A stretch of 64,000 nucleotides of DNA from Saccharofermentanales bacterium (GCA_038326615.1 JBBQKF010000001.1:13472-77471), one strand, 5' to 3'; shown: positions 9,129 to 20,178, counted from the first letter of the stretch. The notes: a model not told the origin generated them from the letters alone. Made by a program: numbers and translations.

Positions 9129-9842
9129 TTATACTATCTCAAATTTATAACCTACGCCCCACACAGTCTTAAGTCTCCAGTTATACCTTGTGCTAATTTC
9201 ATCAAGTTTTTCACGAATGCGTTTAATATGGACATCAACGGTCCTAGATTCCCCATAAAAATCATATCCCCAAACATGTCCAAGTAATTGCTCCCTTGTA
9301 AAAACTCTGTTTGGGTGTGTGGCAAGAAAAAATAGCAATTCTAATTCCTTAGGAGGCATTTCTATCCGATTATTGTCTGCAACAACCACATAGCGGGCTT
9401 TATCAACACGCATCCCCGGGTATTCAATTATTTCATTCTTGGTTCCAAATTCATTTGTTCCGTTTGTCTTATCTTTACAGTTCTCGCATCTTCTAATAAC
9501 TGCGTTGACTCTGGCGAGAAGTTCCTTGGGATCAAATGGTTTTAAAACATAGTCGTCAGCTCCTAATTCAAGTGCAACAACTTTATCAAGTGTGTCACCA
9601 CGGGAAGATAACATTATTATTGGAGTATCACTGATTTTTCTTATCTCACGACACACATCAAAACCATCTTGACCCGATAAGAGTAGTTCTTGAATTACCA
9701 GATCAGGTTTTAACTGCAAAAACATGTCAATTGCTTTATCTCCTAAAAGGCATCCAGAAATTGTAAACTCTTCTTTGTCAAAATAAATTCTTAGCTGCTC
9801 ACATGTATTCTGATCTTCATCAACTACAAGTATTCGTTTCAT
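9129..9842 (-). CDS. OmpR/PhoB-family response regulator, atypical (Glu at the phospho-acceptor position), no adjacent kinase
   Basis: 237 aa with a receiver domain plus winged helix (RTVDVHIKRIREKL...VWGVGYKF). Aligned by eye to OmpR, LMVLDLMLPGEDG corresponds to LVIQELLLSGQDG. Confidence 0.9.
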   Translation of the reverse strand: MKRILVVDEDQNTCEQLRIYFDKEEFTISGCLLGDKAIDMFLQLKPDLVIQELLLSGQDGFDVCREIRKISDTPIIMLSSRGDTLDKVVALELGADDYVLKPFDPKELLARVNAVIRRCENCKDKTNGTNEFGTKNEIIEYPGMRVDKARYVVVADNNRIEMPPKELELLFFLATHPNRVFTREQLLGHVWGYDFYGESRTVDVHIKRIREKLDEISTRYNWRLKTVWGVGYKFEIV

Positions 9843-9900
9843 CAGTACCTCATCCTCCTTTTATAAAAATTTCGTTACCGCTGCAGACAATCTCTCAACT

Positions 9901-10365
9901 TCATTCTTTTTGTTTTCTGTTGAGCATTTCATTGAGTTCTTCCAAAAAAGAATTTACATCTTTAAACTGTCTGTATACTGATGCAAAACGCACATATGCT
10001 ACTTCATCTATCAGTTTTAGTCTTTCCATAACCATTTCGCCAATCTCTTGTGACATTATCTCTCTTTTAAGTGAATTTTGTGATTGTGTTTCTATTGAGT
10101 TAACTAGCGCCTCAATCTGGGCCGTAGTTACAGGACGCTTCTCACAGGCCTTCATTATTCCTGATATAAGCTTATCCCTGTCAAATGGTTGACGAGTGCC
10201 CTCTTTTTTTATAACGACTAAAGGTAAATTTTCTACTTTTTCGTACGTAGTAAAACGAGCATTGCATGAAATGCACTCACGTCTGCGTCTGATTGCAGCG
10301 CCTTCATCTGAAGGTCTTGAGTCAATAACTTTATCTTCGTCATGTCCGCAAAAAGGGCACTTCAT
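9901..10365 (-). CDS. nrdR: Transcriptional repressor NrdR
   Basis: MKCPFCGH...C..C zinc ribbon plus an ATP-cone; 154 aa. Confidence 0.95.
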   Translation of the reverse strand: MKCPFCGHDEDKVIDSRPSDEGAAIRRRRECISCNARFTTYEKVENLPLVVIKKEGTRQPFDRDKLISGIMKACEKRPVTTAQIEALVNSIETQSQNSLKREIMSQEIGEMVMERLKLIDEVAYVRFASVYRQFKDVNSFLEELNEMLNRKQKE

Positions 10366-10407
10366 GTTGTATTCTCCTTCAAATGAAAGCTTATATAAAT
10401 GCTATAA

Positions 10408-11841
10408 CTATTTGTCATTATCTTGTAAAAACCAAGGTAAAATCCTGTTCTTTTTTTCATGAACAGGAACTTTGGGCGGTTCAGTATAATTAACTTTCTC
10501 TGGTCTTACAAAATTCGTAGGAGTTTGAGGTGTCTGTTCTTGGTAATCGACTCTTGTTGTATGAGTTCTCTTGTATGAATCACCAGAACTTATTTCGATT
10601 TCCTCATTTTCTACACTCATAGAAGCTAAATTTTCAATGCAAGCATCCAAATCAGCATCCTGTCCTATTTTAAGAAATCCAGATGTGGTTTTTTGTGATG
10701 ATGAATTAGTCTGTGAATCATTAATAGAAACATCATCTTCAGTCAATGATGTAAGAAAATCAGGTATGTCTTTTTCTTTTAATGGCATATCAAATATTGG
10801 AATTTCTTCTGCTTTTGTCTTATCGGAATTTGTTCTGTTATTTAAAATATTCCGATAACCAGCTGGTGTAGTTGCTCTGTCAAACCCGCTTGCAATAACA
10901 GTGATCATAATTTCGTCTGATAACTCAGGATCAATTACAGCTCCGAAAATAATATCAGCATCAGGCGAAACTGCATCACGAATAACTGATGCGGCTTCAT
11001 CTACTTCACGAAGTTTCATGTCCTTACCACCAGTAAAGTTAATAATCACACCTCTTGCCCCGTCAATTGTAGTATCAAGTAATGGGCTATTGATAGCTTG
11101 TTTAATTGCAATAGATGCACGGCCTTCACCAGAAGCACGGCCAATTCCCATGTGACAAACACCCGCGGCAGTCATTACTCTTCTTACGTCCGCAAGGTCA
11201 AGGTTTATAAGTCCAGGAATAGCAACTAAATCAGAAATACCAGAAACACCATATGAAAGAACCTGGTCAGCCATATAGAATGCTTCATCTAAAGTTGTAT
11301 CATCCCCAGCAACATCTAAAAGTTTATCATTTGGAACTACAATTAAAGAATCAACGAATTTCTCTAGTTCCCGAATCCCTTTTTCAGCGTTCATCATTCT
11401 TTTTGAACCTTCAAATTTAAAAGGACGTGTAACAACCCCAACTGTCAGAATTCCAAGTTCCTTTGCAATCTGTGCAATTATTGGAGCACCGCCGGTTCCT
11501 GTTCCACCACCCATTCCTGCAGTAATAAATAACATATCGGTCCCGCGAATAAGTTGTCCTATTTCGTCTTTCGATTCACTAGCAGCTTTTTCGCCTATTT
11601 CGGGGTTTGCACCGGCTCCAAGGCCTCTTGTTATTTTCTCTCCAATTTGCAACCGGTTTGTAGCTTTAGTTCTTTGTAAGGATTGGTTGTCTGTATTAAT
11701 TGTTATAAATTCAATACCTTTAACATCGCCTTCAATCATACGGTTAACTGCATTACACCCACCACCACCGATTCCGATGACTTTTATTGTAGCAAAATTA
11801 TCATTATCCATTCCAAAACCCATTAAATTATAATCAGCCAT
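10408..11841 (-). CDS. ftsZ: Cell division protein FtsZ with a long C-terminal extension
   Basis: [11 protein letters not shown] and [12 protein letters not shown] tubulin signature. The start is set at the ATG at 11841 (MADYNLMGF...), preceded by GAAGGAGGG; the track ORF runs 18 codons further upstream. Confidence 0.95.
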   Translation of the reverse strand: MADYNLMGFGMDNDNFATIKVIGIGGGGCNAVNRMIEGDVKGIEFITINTDNQSLQRTKATNRLQIGEKITRGLGAGANPEIGEKAASESKDEIGQLIRGTDMLFITAGMGGGTGTGGAPIIAQIAKELGILTVGVVTRPFKFEGSKRMMNAEKGIRELEKFVDSLIVVPNDKLLDVAGDDTTLDEAFYMADQVLSYGVSGISDLVAIPGLINLDLADVRRVMTAAGVCHMGIGRASGEGRASIAIKQAINSPLLDTTIDGARGVIINFTGGKDMKLREVDEAASVIRDAVSPDADIIFGAVIDPELSDEIMITVIASGFDRATTPAGYRNILNNRTNSDKTKAEEIPIFDMPLKEKDIPDFLTSLTEDDVSINDSQTNSSSQKTTSGFLKIGQDADLDACIENLASMSVENEEIEISSGDSYKRTHTTRVDYQEQTPQTPTNFVRPEKVNYTEPPKVPVHEKKNRILPWFLQDNDK

Positions 11842-11978
11842 GAATTTACCCTCCTTCAATCGAAAATCATAATCGATTACTATAGTTATTATCATTTTAC
11901 ACTACTTTTTAAAGTGATACAACAATCGATTGTGCATTTCTAAATTATTTTATTACTTTTTTACAACATCTTGTGATT

Positions 11979-12356
11979 CTATTCCTGTATTTCTTCACCA
12001 GTTCTATTTTTTTCTTTTCTTGATGCTTCAATTTTGAAAAGCCAGAGTCTTCGAATTATCGAAAAATTAATGAAAATCCTGTTACCAAATGCAAAAACAG
12101 CTGCCAAATAAAGTGAAATTCCAAGTTGATCTCCAAGAGCAGCTAAAGATACAGCAATTAAAGAATTTCCTATAAGGCCTGAAATAAATAGTTTTATGTT
12201 GAATTTCCCTTGCATATTAGCTGCAAGTGCCCCAATAATAGAATCGAAGCATGCAAGAATTCCTACTCCAACATAAATTGAATACGCTTGTGGAATATCC
12301 ACGTTCAAAAACAATCCAATTACAAGTCCTATAATTAATCCCAATAACGCCAGCAT
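11979..12356 (-). CDS. sbp: Small basic membrane protein (DUF1290, Sbp-like)
   Basis: 125 aa. The hydrophobic body (LALLGLIIGLVIGLFLN...) with a basic tail, and its position between ftsQ and ftsZ, match B. subtilis sbp. Confidence 0.75.
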   Translation of the reverse strand: MLALLGLIIGLVIGLFLNVDIPQAYSIYVGVGILACFDSIIGALAANMQGKFNIKLFISGLIGNSLIAVSLAALGDQLGISLYLAAVFAFGNRIFINFSIIRRLWLFKIEASRKEKNRTGEEIQE

Positions 12357-12392
12357 AATAACCCTCCTGTTTACTTATCGGATACCTAAAAA

Positions 12393-13217
12393 TTATCTTT
12401 CCGGTATAAATACTTTTTGTGTAGAGGACAAATCAAGTATCCCCTTCCCTTTTCCACCAAGTTTGCCTTGTTTTAATGCAAATCGTAGCCAGACCATTTT
12501 GTCAGCATTTTCATTAGAATTTTTGACTTTTACTATTAGCTCTTCATTTGTTCCCGGAAGTAGCAAAGTCAAGAATAACAATTTATCCTGAATAGGTCTT
12601 ATCGTCTTTATCTCTGGTAATAATTTTACATCAACACGGGTATCTTTGTCAGCATTTATTATATCATTTAATAAAACAATTGACTCGTTTAATGAATCCG
12701 GTAAATCAACCGATGCTTTATGCCCGCATTGTATCTGATTAGCAACAACACCTTCAATTACAGGAATACCTCTTGAATCTGATTTATTAAGTACTTCAAG
12801 GACAATCCCCTCTGAATCAATAATAACACAGCCATCATTAATTGCAACATATGCAACTTCAATCCGTTCATCAATATTCACTTTAATCATAGATGGAAAA
12901 ACGGATTCTATCTCAACATTTCTTATATAAGTCAAGTTTTCTTTTAGTAATTGCTCTGATTTAGCATGTCTCAATTGAAATAATTGCTTTATTGATCCAT
13001 TAACACCATTAAAGAGATGAAATCCAGTCTTTAAGTTTCCAATTGAGATTATCTGACCTCTGGTTACAACCCGACTCCCAGTGATATCGATAGTAGATAC
13101 ATAAAATTGTGGTAGGACAAGAACAAGAATCAAAATTAAAGTTAGAAATCCCCCAAATGCGAAAGTTCCTACGCGGTTCGCTTTTTTCTCCCTTTTTGTC
13201 AATTTATATCTACTCAT
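12393..13217 (-). CDS. ftsQ: Cell division protein FtsQ/DivIB (POTRA domain)
   Basis: 274 aa. A basic N-terminus, a single TM helix, then a POTRA-like region (IDITGSRVVTRGQIISIGNLKTG). Located after murG; its start overlaps the murG stop by 1 nt. Confidence 0.75.
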   Translation of the reverse strand: MSRYKLTKREKKANRVGTFAFGGFLTLILILVLVLPQFYVSTIDITGSRVVTRGQIISIGNLKTGFHLFNGVNGSIKQLFQLRHAKSEQLLKENLTYIRNVEIESVFPSMIKVNIDERIEVAYVAINDGCVIIDSEGIVLEVLNKSDSRGIPVIEGVVANQIQCGHKASVDLPDSLNESIVLLNDIINADKDTRVDVKLLPEIKTIRPIQDKLLFLTLLLPGTNEELIVKVKNSNENADKMVWLRFALKQGKLGGKGKGILDLSSTQKVFIPER

Positions 13218-14326
13218 CAGGTTTTCTTCTTAGATGAAAGAATTGCAATTTCACTGTAAATCAATTTAGTAGCATCAGGCAAAGCTAATGAACCCGAAAG
13301 TTTCTCCATTGAGACAATCTGCTTGGGATTTTCAAAAAGCCTATTTAAATGACTATATAAGCTTTTTGCATCCATTTCACTGTCTTTTATTAAAATTGAA
13401 GCGCCAATATCTGAAAACGCTTTCGCATTATATGTTTGATGGTCACCAGCAGCATAAGGATATGGAACCATAATAGATGCTTTCGCAAGCATTGCAATTT
13501 CACTGCAAGTAAGAGCACCTGCCCGGCACAAAACTATGTCAGCGGCTGCAAGATAAAGATGCTGGTCAAAAAGGTATTCCTTCAAATTTATCATATCCTT
13601 ATATCCTTCAACAGCTTTGGAAAGCACAGGGTAGTTAAGCTTACCACATGAAAGAATAAATCGATAGTCAGGTTTAGGATAGGTTTTGACAAGATCAAAA
13701 ACCACTGTATTTATAGTCTTTGCTCCGAGGCTTCCACCGGTTGCAAAAACTATTTTCTCACTCTCACCAATTTCAAGTATTTTGCGGGCTTGCGCCTTTG
13801 TGAGATTATAAAACACTTCCCTGACAGGATTGCCTGTCAGGACTGTTTTTTTTGCTTTTTTAAATTTTTCTTCGGTATCTGGAAAACTTACGCAGACAAC
13901 ATCTGCATGTCTTGAAAGAAATCGATTTGCCTTTCCTGGAAAAGCATTTTGTTCGTGTAATAATGTAGGAATTCCTAAACTTGAAGCCATTGAAACAATA
14001 GGTCCACACACATATCCGCCAGTTCCTATAACGACATCAGACTTTTCCCTATTAAGCAATATTTTGCTTTGACTTCTTCCTTTGAAAAATGAATAAATTG
14101 CCATAAATAATTTTTTCGAAATTCTTTTTGGAAATCCAATGGCCTCAATGTGAAAAAGTTCATATCCACTTTGGGGTATTAAGGTATTTTCAATTCCATT
14201 TTCTGTTCCGCAAAAAATTATGCGAGAGTCAGGCTCATTTCTCCTGATTTCATCAGCAATCGCAATTGCAGGATTTATATGACCGCTAGTTCCTCCAGCT
14301 GCAATAACATATGTTTTGGCTTTCAT
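13217..14326 (-). CDS. murG: UDP-N-acetylglucosamine--N-acetylmuramyl-(pentapeptide) pyrophosphoryl-undecaprenol GlcNAc transferase
   Basis: 369 aa. AAGGTSGHINPAIAIA N-terminal motif, HEQN, and GGSLGA. Confidence 0.95.
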   Translation of the reverse strand: MKAKTYVIAAGGTSGHINPAIAIADEIRRNEPDSRIIFCGTENGIENTLIPQSGYELFHIEAIGFPKRISKKLFMAIYSFFKGRSQSKILLNREKSDVVIGTGGYVCGPIVSMASSLGIPTLLHEQNAFPGKANRFLSRHADVVCVSFPDTEEKFKKAKKTVLTGNPVREVFYNLTKAQARKILEIGESEKIVFATGGSLGAKTINTVVFDLVKTYPKPDYRFILSCGKLNYPVLSKAVEGYKDMINLKEYLFDQHLYLAAADIVLCRAGALTCSEIAMLAKASIMVPYPYAAGDHQTYNAKAFSDIGASILIKDSEMDAKSLYSHLNRLFENPKQIVSMEKLSGSLALPDATKLIYSEIAILSSKKKT

Positions 14327-14412
14327 TTGACCTCCTGCATTTCTTATAAATAGTGTTATATAAATCTAATAAATCGATTATTCTTAATGTTTCAGGATTA
14401 AGTTTTCAATAC

Positions 14413-15723
14413 CTATACTTTTCTTGTTTTAACTCCGGATTTTGATACACATAATAAAAATCCAACAGCAAGCATGAAGAATATTGCAGAGGTCCCTCCA
14501 TAACTAAAAAACGGTAGAGTAATTCCTGTTGGCGGTATCGCTTTAGTTGCAACACCAATATTTAAAAATGCTTGTAAAGTAATAAGTATCGAAAACCCAA
14601 ACGCAATAAGTGAACTATGAATTGACGAAGCCTTAGCCGCAACCCTTACTCCTAAAATTAAATAAATCGCAAAAAGCAAAATAACAAAGAAGCCCCCAAT
14701 CAGCCCTAATTCTTCAGCAATAATCGAAAATATATAGTCGTTATATTGCATCGGTAAATAGCCCCATTTCTGTATACTATTCCCGATTCCTACACCATAT
14801 ATCCCCCCTGAGCCAATTGCATTTAGCGACTGGGTAGTTTGAAGCATGTCGTCTTTATCAACAGTTGTTGAATTGCCGAAAATAGCAATTCGATCAAAAA
14901 CATAATTAAAATCTACATAGTGCTGCAATTTTTCTGGAAGCAATGGAAATATAACCATAATAATTAATACAAGAAGGAGTATAATCGCAATTATAAAAAT
15001 GAACCCAGTTACCCATGATCTCAATGGTATTTTTGCACTTATGAAAAGAAAAAATGTCAGTATTGAAAGAATAACGAGACATGATATATGTGGCTGTAGC
15101 AATATCAGAACAAGCCAAAAACCAATTGCTAATACAGGAATAACAATATCGTAAAAACCATCTTTCCATGACTGCAAATGCGCCTTTTGTGCTAAATGTT
15201 TACCCGCTGCCCGTTGCCTTTTAACCCATGAAGTATATCCTGCAAAACAAAGAACAAGAGATATTTTAGCTGCTTCAGTTGGTTGAAAAACAAACCCTAA
15301 AACTCTTATCCATCTTTTTGCACCATTAAGAGATATTCCACAAAGAATTGGATTACGCGGTATAAATATTGCTAAAAGAAGAACAGTCGTTAAAACATAG
15401 CCAATTGTTACAATTGCGATGTTATCAAATAATCTGATAGGAATAAAAGCGGCAATAACAAAAGCAGCAGCTATCCCAAGCAAGGTAAACCCGATCTGCT
15501 TTTGAATATAGAAAAGTGGATTGCCCTCTGATGCGAAACCTTCAGTCATACTTGCACTAAAAAGCATAACCATACCAAAACACACCATAAGGAAGACAAT
15601 TATAATGATTCCACCGTCCATCCTTTTAGGTATTTTGTACTTAACAGGATTGCCATTTTCATCAAGATAATTCTCACGTTCTATATTCTCTTTTACTTTG
15701 CTTGGAATATAGTTTCTTTTCAT
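14413..15723 (-). CDS. ftsW: SEDS-family peptidoglycan glycosyltransferase FtsW/SpoVE
   Basis: 436 aa and polytopic, with the conserved C-terminal block PPTGITLPFFSYGGTS. Located between mraY and murG. Confidence 0.85.
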   Translation of the reverse strand: MKRNYIPSKVKENIERENYLDENGNPVKYKIPKRMDGGIIIIVFLMVCFGMVMLFSASMTEGFASEGNPLFYIQKQIGFTLLGIAAAFVIAAFIPIRLFDNIAIVTIGYVLTTVLLLAIFIPRNPILCGISLNGAKRWIRVLGFVFQPTEAAKISLVLCFAGYTSWVKRQRAAGKHLAQKAHLQSWKDGFYDIVIPVLAIGFWLVLILLQPHISCLVILSILTFFLFISAKIPLRSWVTGFIFIIAIILLLVLIIMVIFPLLPEKLQHYVDFNYVFDRIAIFGNSTTVDKDDMLQTTQSLNAIGSGGIYGVGIGNSIQKWGYLPMQYNDYIFSIIAEELGLIGGFFVILLFAIYLILGVRVAAKASSIHSSLIAFGFSILITLQAFLNIGVATKAIPPTGITLPFFSYGGTSAIFFMLAVGFLLCVSKSGVKTRKV

Positions 15724-15842
15724 TTTTTACACTCGCTTCATTTTACAACTAATAGATTTGATTCGCTTATTTAAAAAACAGAACAGAGTTTTTATCAATT
15801 TGTTTTTTTTGATTTTAAAATCTTATTATCATCACCAATTTT

Positions 15843-16898
15843 TTATAAAATCATAACCAATCCAATAATGCATCCGATTATAGTAATTAAGCAAAATACT
15901 CCGATTACCTTCCATTCACTCCAGCCACCAAGCTCAAAGTGATGATGCAAGGGAGCCATCCTGAAAACTCTTTTCTTTGTGCGCTTGTAATGGGTTACCT
16001 GTATTACAACTGATAAGGATTCAAGAACATATATTATCCCTACTGGTATTAGAATCCATGGAATTCCCATGACAACAGCAATAGCACCAACAGCAGCGCC
16101 TAATGCCTGTGACCCTGTGTCGCCCATAAAAAGTTTTGCGGGATGCTTATTGAAAAAGAAAAAACCAATACATCCTGCGGCAACAGCAAATGCAAAAAAT
16201 GATGCAGATCTTGAGTATTCTGAATTGAGGGCTGCCCCCATTACACCAAGCGTTACTGCAACAATCGCTGTAACACTTGCAGCAAGGCCATCAACACCGT
16301 CAGTTATATTTACAGAGTTGGTTGTAGCATACAAAACAATAACAACAAATAGCCCATAAATTAATTTGCCAATTCCAGTGATTTCAATAGGACTTCCACC
16401 CAAAGACATATCGGTAAAAGGAAACAATATATAAGGTTTCACACCAGAATAATATAAATAATAAGCGGTAAAGCCAACAATTACAACAAGCAACAGAATC
16501 GATTTTGCTATAGCCGACAAACCACTCTTTCTAATTCTGACTTTAATGAAATCATCAATAAATCCAACAATTCCAATACAAAATGTAAAAAGTGCCATAC
16601 CAAGTATAGGTGCTATCGCCTTTTCTGCCAGTAAAAATTTAAAAACTGGCATTGCAGGAAAAACAAATCCTATAAGCAACAGAGGAATAAGAAACATAAT
16701 TCCGCCAAATGTTGGTGTACCTGATTTGGCAAGGTGTGTTTTGGGTCCATCTTCTCTTACTTGCTGACCAACTGCAAACTTTCGCAAGACAGGGACAAGA
16801 ATTAATCCAATTATCACTGTCATAATTAAAACCGCAAGCATTGATGGTAGACTCATCAATGCAATCATTCTACCTAAACCCAACTCCATCGCTATCAT
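15843..16898 (-). CDS. mraY: Phospho-N-acetylmuramoyl-pentapeptide transferase
   Basis: 351 aa. NITDGVDGLA, MGDTGSQALG and APLHHHFE motifs. Confidence 0.95.
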   Translation of the reverse strand: MIAMELGLGRMIALMSLPSMLAVLIMTVIIGLILVPVLRKFAVGQQVREDGPKTHLAKSGTPTFGGIMFLIPLLLIGFVFPAMPVFKFLLAEKAIAPILGMALFTFCIGIVGFIDDFIKVRIRKSGLSAIAKSILLLVVIVGFTAYYLYYSGVKPYILFPFTDMSLGGSPIEITGIGKLIYGLFVVIVLYATTNSVNITDGVDGLAASVTAIVAVTLGVMGAALNSEYSRSASFFAFAVAAGCIGFFFFNKHPAKLFMGDTGSQALGAAVGAIAVVMGIPWILIPVGIIYVLESLSVVIQVTHYKRTKKRVFRMAPLHHHFELGGWSEWKVIGVFCLITIIGCIIGLVMIL

Positions 16899-16945
16899 TA
16901 TTTATTGCTCCTTTAAAATATTAATCTTCAATATTCTTTATCTAA

Positions 16946-18394
16946 TTATACTTTTTCTTGCATTATTGCTTCTGTGACCTTTTCCATCCCAAATCCCCGC
17001 GAACCTTTTATTAGTATAACATCATCATTGCCTATTTCATTAACCAATTCCGAAATGAGCTCATCTCTTGTTTCAAAATGTTTATAAATAATTGATTTAG
17101 GATTTGATATTGGTTGTGATTGTAAATGTTCATTCTCTTTTATAATCCCAGTTTCTATAGGAATTGTTTGTTCTCCACACGTAAAAACAATATCAATCCC
17201 CTGTAATACACACTCTTCTCCCACTTTTTCATGAGCAAATTCCGAAAATTTGCCTAGCTCAAGCATTCCTCCTAGTGCAGCAATTTTTCTTTTTGTGCCA
17301 GCAATATTAGATAACATCGATATTGCAGCCTTCATGGATTCAAGTCCCGCATTATATGAGTCATCAATAATCGTCATTCCATTATAATGAAGAACTTTTT
17401 GGCGGTTCCCTACATTCTTATAAGACATAAGGCCTTTGATGATGTCATTAAGATTAAGTCCAAGCTCAATGCCAGCACCGATTCCAGTCAAAGCATTTGT
17501 AACATTATGAATTCCAGGAACAGGAATCATTACATTATCAATAATAATGGGTATTCCACTTATTGCTTTTATTTCTACACTAAATATTACGGAGGATTCA
17601 GACAAAATAATATTAAAAGCCTTTATCACAAGATCAGCATTAGCAGGGACAGATTCATCTGTAATCACAAGAGTTGTTCTGATTTTTCCGGTCATTCTTT
17701 CACAATACATAGAAAGATATGGATCATTCCCATTTAGAATTAGCAATCCGCCAGGCTTTAGGCCCTCTGCAATTTCAATTTTTGCATGAAAAATTTCATC
17801 TTGACTTCCTAATCTTTCAATATGAGCAATACCAATATTAGTTATAACAGCAATATCAGGTTGGGCAATCATTGTCAGTTCAAGGATTTCACCCTTACCT
17901 CGCATTCCTAATTCCGTAATACAAACTTCTGTACCAGCAGTAGCTTCAAGTAAAGTCTTTGGCAATCCGATTTCATTGTTAAAATTTTCTTTAGTCTGAT
18001 ATGTATTAATGCTAGATGATATCGCAGCAAAAACCATTTCCCGTGTTGATGTTTTCCCCACACTACCTGTAATTCCAATAACTTTAAAGTCTTCTTCAAT
18101 TCGCTTTGCTTTAGCAATCATTTGGTATGCTTTTAGTGTATCGGAGACCAATATTGCATTGTAATCACCTTCTGTCATTTTCGTGACATCGCTTACACAG
18201 ATTGAATTTGCACCTTTTCCGATAGCAACATTTATATAATCATGTCCATCGAATTTTTTGCCACACAAAGCTATAAAAAGGCAATTTGGAGAGATTTCTC
18301 TAGTATCGGTTGAAACACACGAAATGCTATTTTTTGTAGTTGATTTTCTAATCAACTCTCCATTTACTATTGAAGCAATATTTTTCAAATTCAT
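16946..18394 (-). CDS. murF: UDP-N-acetylmuramoyl-tripeptide--D-alanyl-D-alanine ligase
   Basis: 482 aa. ITGSVGKTSTREM P-loop with Mur ligase middle and C-terminal domains; dcw context. Confidence 0.9.
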   Translation of the reverse strand: MNLKNIASIVNGELIRKSTTKNSISCVSTDTREISPNCLFIALCGKKFDGHDYINVAIGKGANSICVSDVTKMTEGDYNAILVSDTLKAYQMIAKAKRIEEDFKVIGITGSVGKTSTREMVFAAISSSINTYQTKENFNNEIGLPKTLLEATAGTEVCITELGMRGKGEILELTMIAQPDIAVITNIGIAHIERLGSQDEIFHAKIEIAEGLKPGGLLILNGNDPYLSMYCERMTGKIRTTLVITDESVPANADLVIKAFNIILSESSVIFSVEIKAISGIPIIIDNVMIPVPGIHNVTNALTGIGAGIELGLNLNDIIKGLMSYKNVGNRQKVLHYNGMTIIDDSYNAGLESMKAAISMLSNIAGTKRKIAALGGMLELGKFSEFAHEKVGEECVLQGIDIVFTCGEQTIPIETGIIKENEHLQSQPISNPKSIIYKHFETRDELISELVNEIGNDDVILIKGSRGFGMEKVTEAIMQEKV

Positions 18395-18696
18395 TTCATA
18401 TTACCTGGATTAATCCGTCTTTAATTTCTCGAACTAATCATCCTTCCTATATTAGGATTCAATAAATCTATTTGCTTTTCGTTACAAGTATTTTGTCTAA
18501 TTAATTTTTTAGTCCCAAGTATCACAATTGTTTGTTTTGTTAGCATTATGTTTTTTCTATAATTTTATTGACTAGTGCTTTGTAACAAAACAATAATTTG
18601 GTGTTACATAGCTCTGGGTATAGCTTTTAATGCAAGGTTTACCATTTGATAGTGTACTTGTACTTTTTAAAATAATCCTTTTAAAAATTGTGTAAC

Positions 18697-20178
18697 TCAG
18701 ATTAATTCTTTCAAAATCTGTGTTGCAACCTCAACATCATCATAATGTATTGTCTTGTCCGCGAAAATCTGGTAATTCTCGTGACCCTTGCCCGCAATTA
18801 TAACCATGTCCCCATCTTTAGCATTTGAAATTGCATATTTAATAGCATCCGTTCTGTCAGGTATTTTTATATATTCACCTTTAGTTTTATTTATCCCTGT
18901 TTCAATGTCTGCAAGAATCGACAGAGGCGGTTCAGTTCTTGGATTATCAGATGTTATAACCGTTATATCAGCTAGCCTTCCCGAAGCTTCTCCCATCTCA
19001 AATCTTCTCGATTTAGCTCTGTCCCCACCACAACCAAATACGCAATAAATCTTTCCTTTCACGTATTCTCTTAATGTTACTAGCAAGCTTTCAAGACTTG
19101 CGGCATTATGAGCGTAATCAACTATAACCTGAAAATTCCTATTTGTCTTGACTGGTTCTACTCTTCCTTTAACTTTAATATTATAGAGCCCTGCAAGAAC
19201 GCTTTTAAAAGAAACCCCTAAAATACCTCCACAAGCAATTGCACAAAGCGCATTGTATACATTAAATTTACCAGGCATGCCAACAAAAACACTGCCATTA
19301 TACCATGGACTTTCAATCATGAATTGTGTACCAATTCTGTCGTTGTCTACTATAGTCTCAATATTAGAGCCTCTTATCATCGCTCCTAAAGACAATCCAA
19401 AAGTATAAATTTTCGTATCCGGTCTTGCCATAGCCCTTTGAATCATCTGATTTGAATAATCTGCATCAATGTTTATGACAGCATTTTTAGAAATATCAAA
19501 TAATAACGATTTTGCTTGCCAATATTCTTCTATATTTGCGTGTTCACCAGGACCTATATGATCATTGTATAAATTCATATAAGCGCCAATTTCATATTCA
19601 CAACCATAAACTCTAGATAGTGAAAGCCCTTGCGAAGATACTTCCATTATGCAATCTTCAATACCAGCCCTTACGCAATCATCAAGCAGCGATTGAAGTT
19701 CGAAAGACTCAGGCGTGGTTCTAGATGTATAAACTATTTCATCACCTATCATATTAGTTATAGTTCCGATAAGCCCTGTTTTCTTACCTTCTGCTTCAAG
19801 GATTGCTTTTACCATGAACGTTACAGTGGTTTTGCCTTTTGTTCCAGTTATTCCAACTAGATGCAACTTGCGTGAAGGATGTTCAAAAAAAGCTGTGCTC
19901 ACATGAGCCAAACCTATTCTTGTGTCAGGCACTTTAATTTTAATAGCACCTGTTAATTCGACATCATTTTGAATCATGACCGCAACAGCGCCAGCTGCAA
20001 TAGCCTGCTCTATATATTCGTGGCCATCACTAACAAACCCATTTATACAAATAAACAAAGATCCATTTCGAACTTTCCGAGAGTCGTATGCAATATTTTC
20101 TATATCTGTATCTTGTAAATCATAATCACATGATCGTATTTTATATTCCAAGCCTTCAATTAATTCTTTAAGTTTCAT
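18697..20178 (-). CDS. murE: UDP-N-acetylmuramoyl-L-alanyl-D-glutamate--2,6-diaminopimelate ligase
   Basis: ITGTKGKTT P-loop and a DNPR motif (SDNPRTEPP), usually associated with meso-DAP-adding MurE. Start set at the ATG at 20178 (MKLKELIEG), which has GGAGG upstream. Confidence 0.9.
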   Translation of the reverse strand: MKLKELIEGLEYKIRSCDYDLQDTDIENIAYDSRKVRNGSLFICINGFVSDGHEYIEQAIAAGAVAVMIQNDVELTGAIKIKVPDTRIGLAHVSTAFFEHPSRKLHLVGITGTKGKTTVTFMVKAILEAEGKKTGLIGTITNMIGDEIVYTSRTTPESFELQSLLDDCVRAGIEDCIMEVSSQGLSLSRVYGCEYEIGAYMNLYNDHIGPGEHANIEEYWQAKSLLFDISKNAVINIDADYSNQMIQRAMARPDTKIYTFGLSLGAMIRGSNIETIVDNDRIGTQFMIESPWYNGSVFVGMPGKFNVYNALCAIACGGILGVSFKSVLAGLYNIKVKGRVEPVKTNRNFQVIVDYAHNAASLESLLVTLREYVKGKIYCVFGCGGDRAKSRRFEMGEASGRLADITVITSDNPRTEPPLSILADIETGINKTKGEYIKIPDRTDAIKYAISNAKDGDMVIIAGKGHENYQIFADKTIHYDDVEVATQILKELI

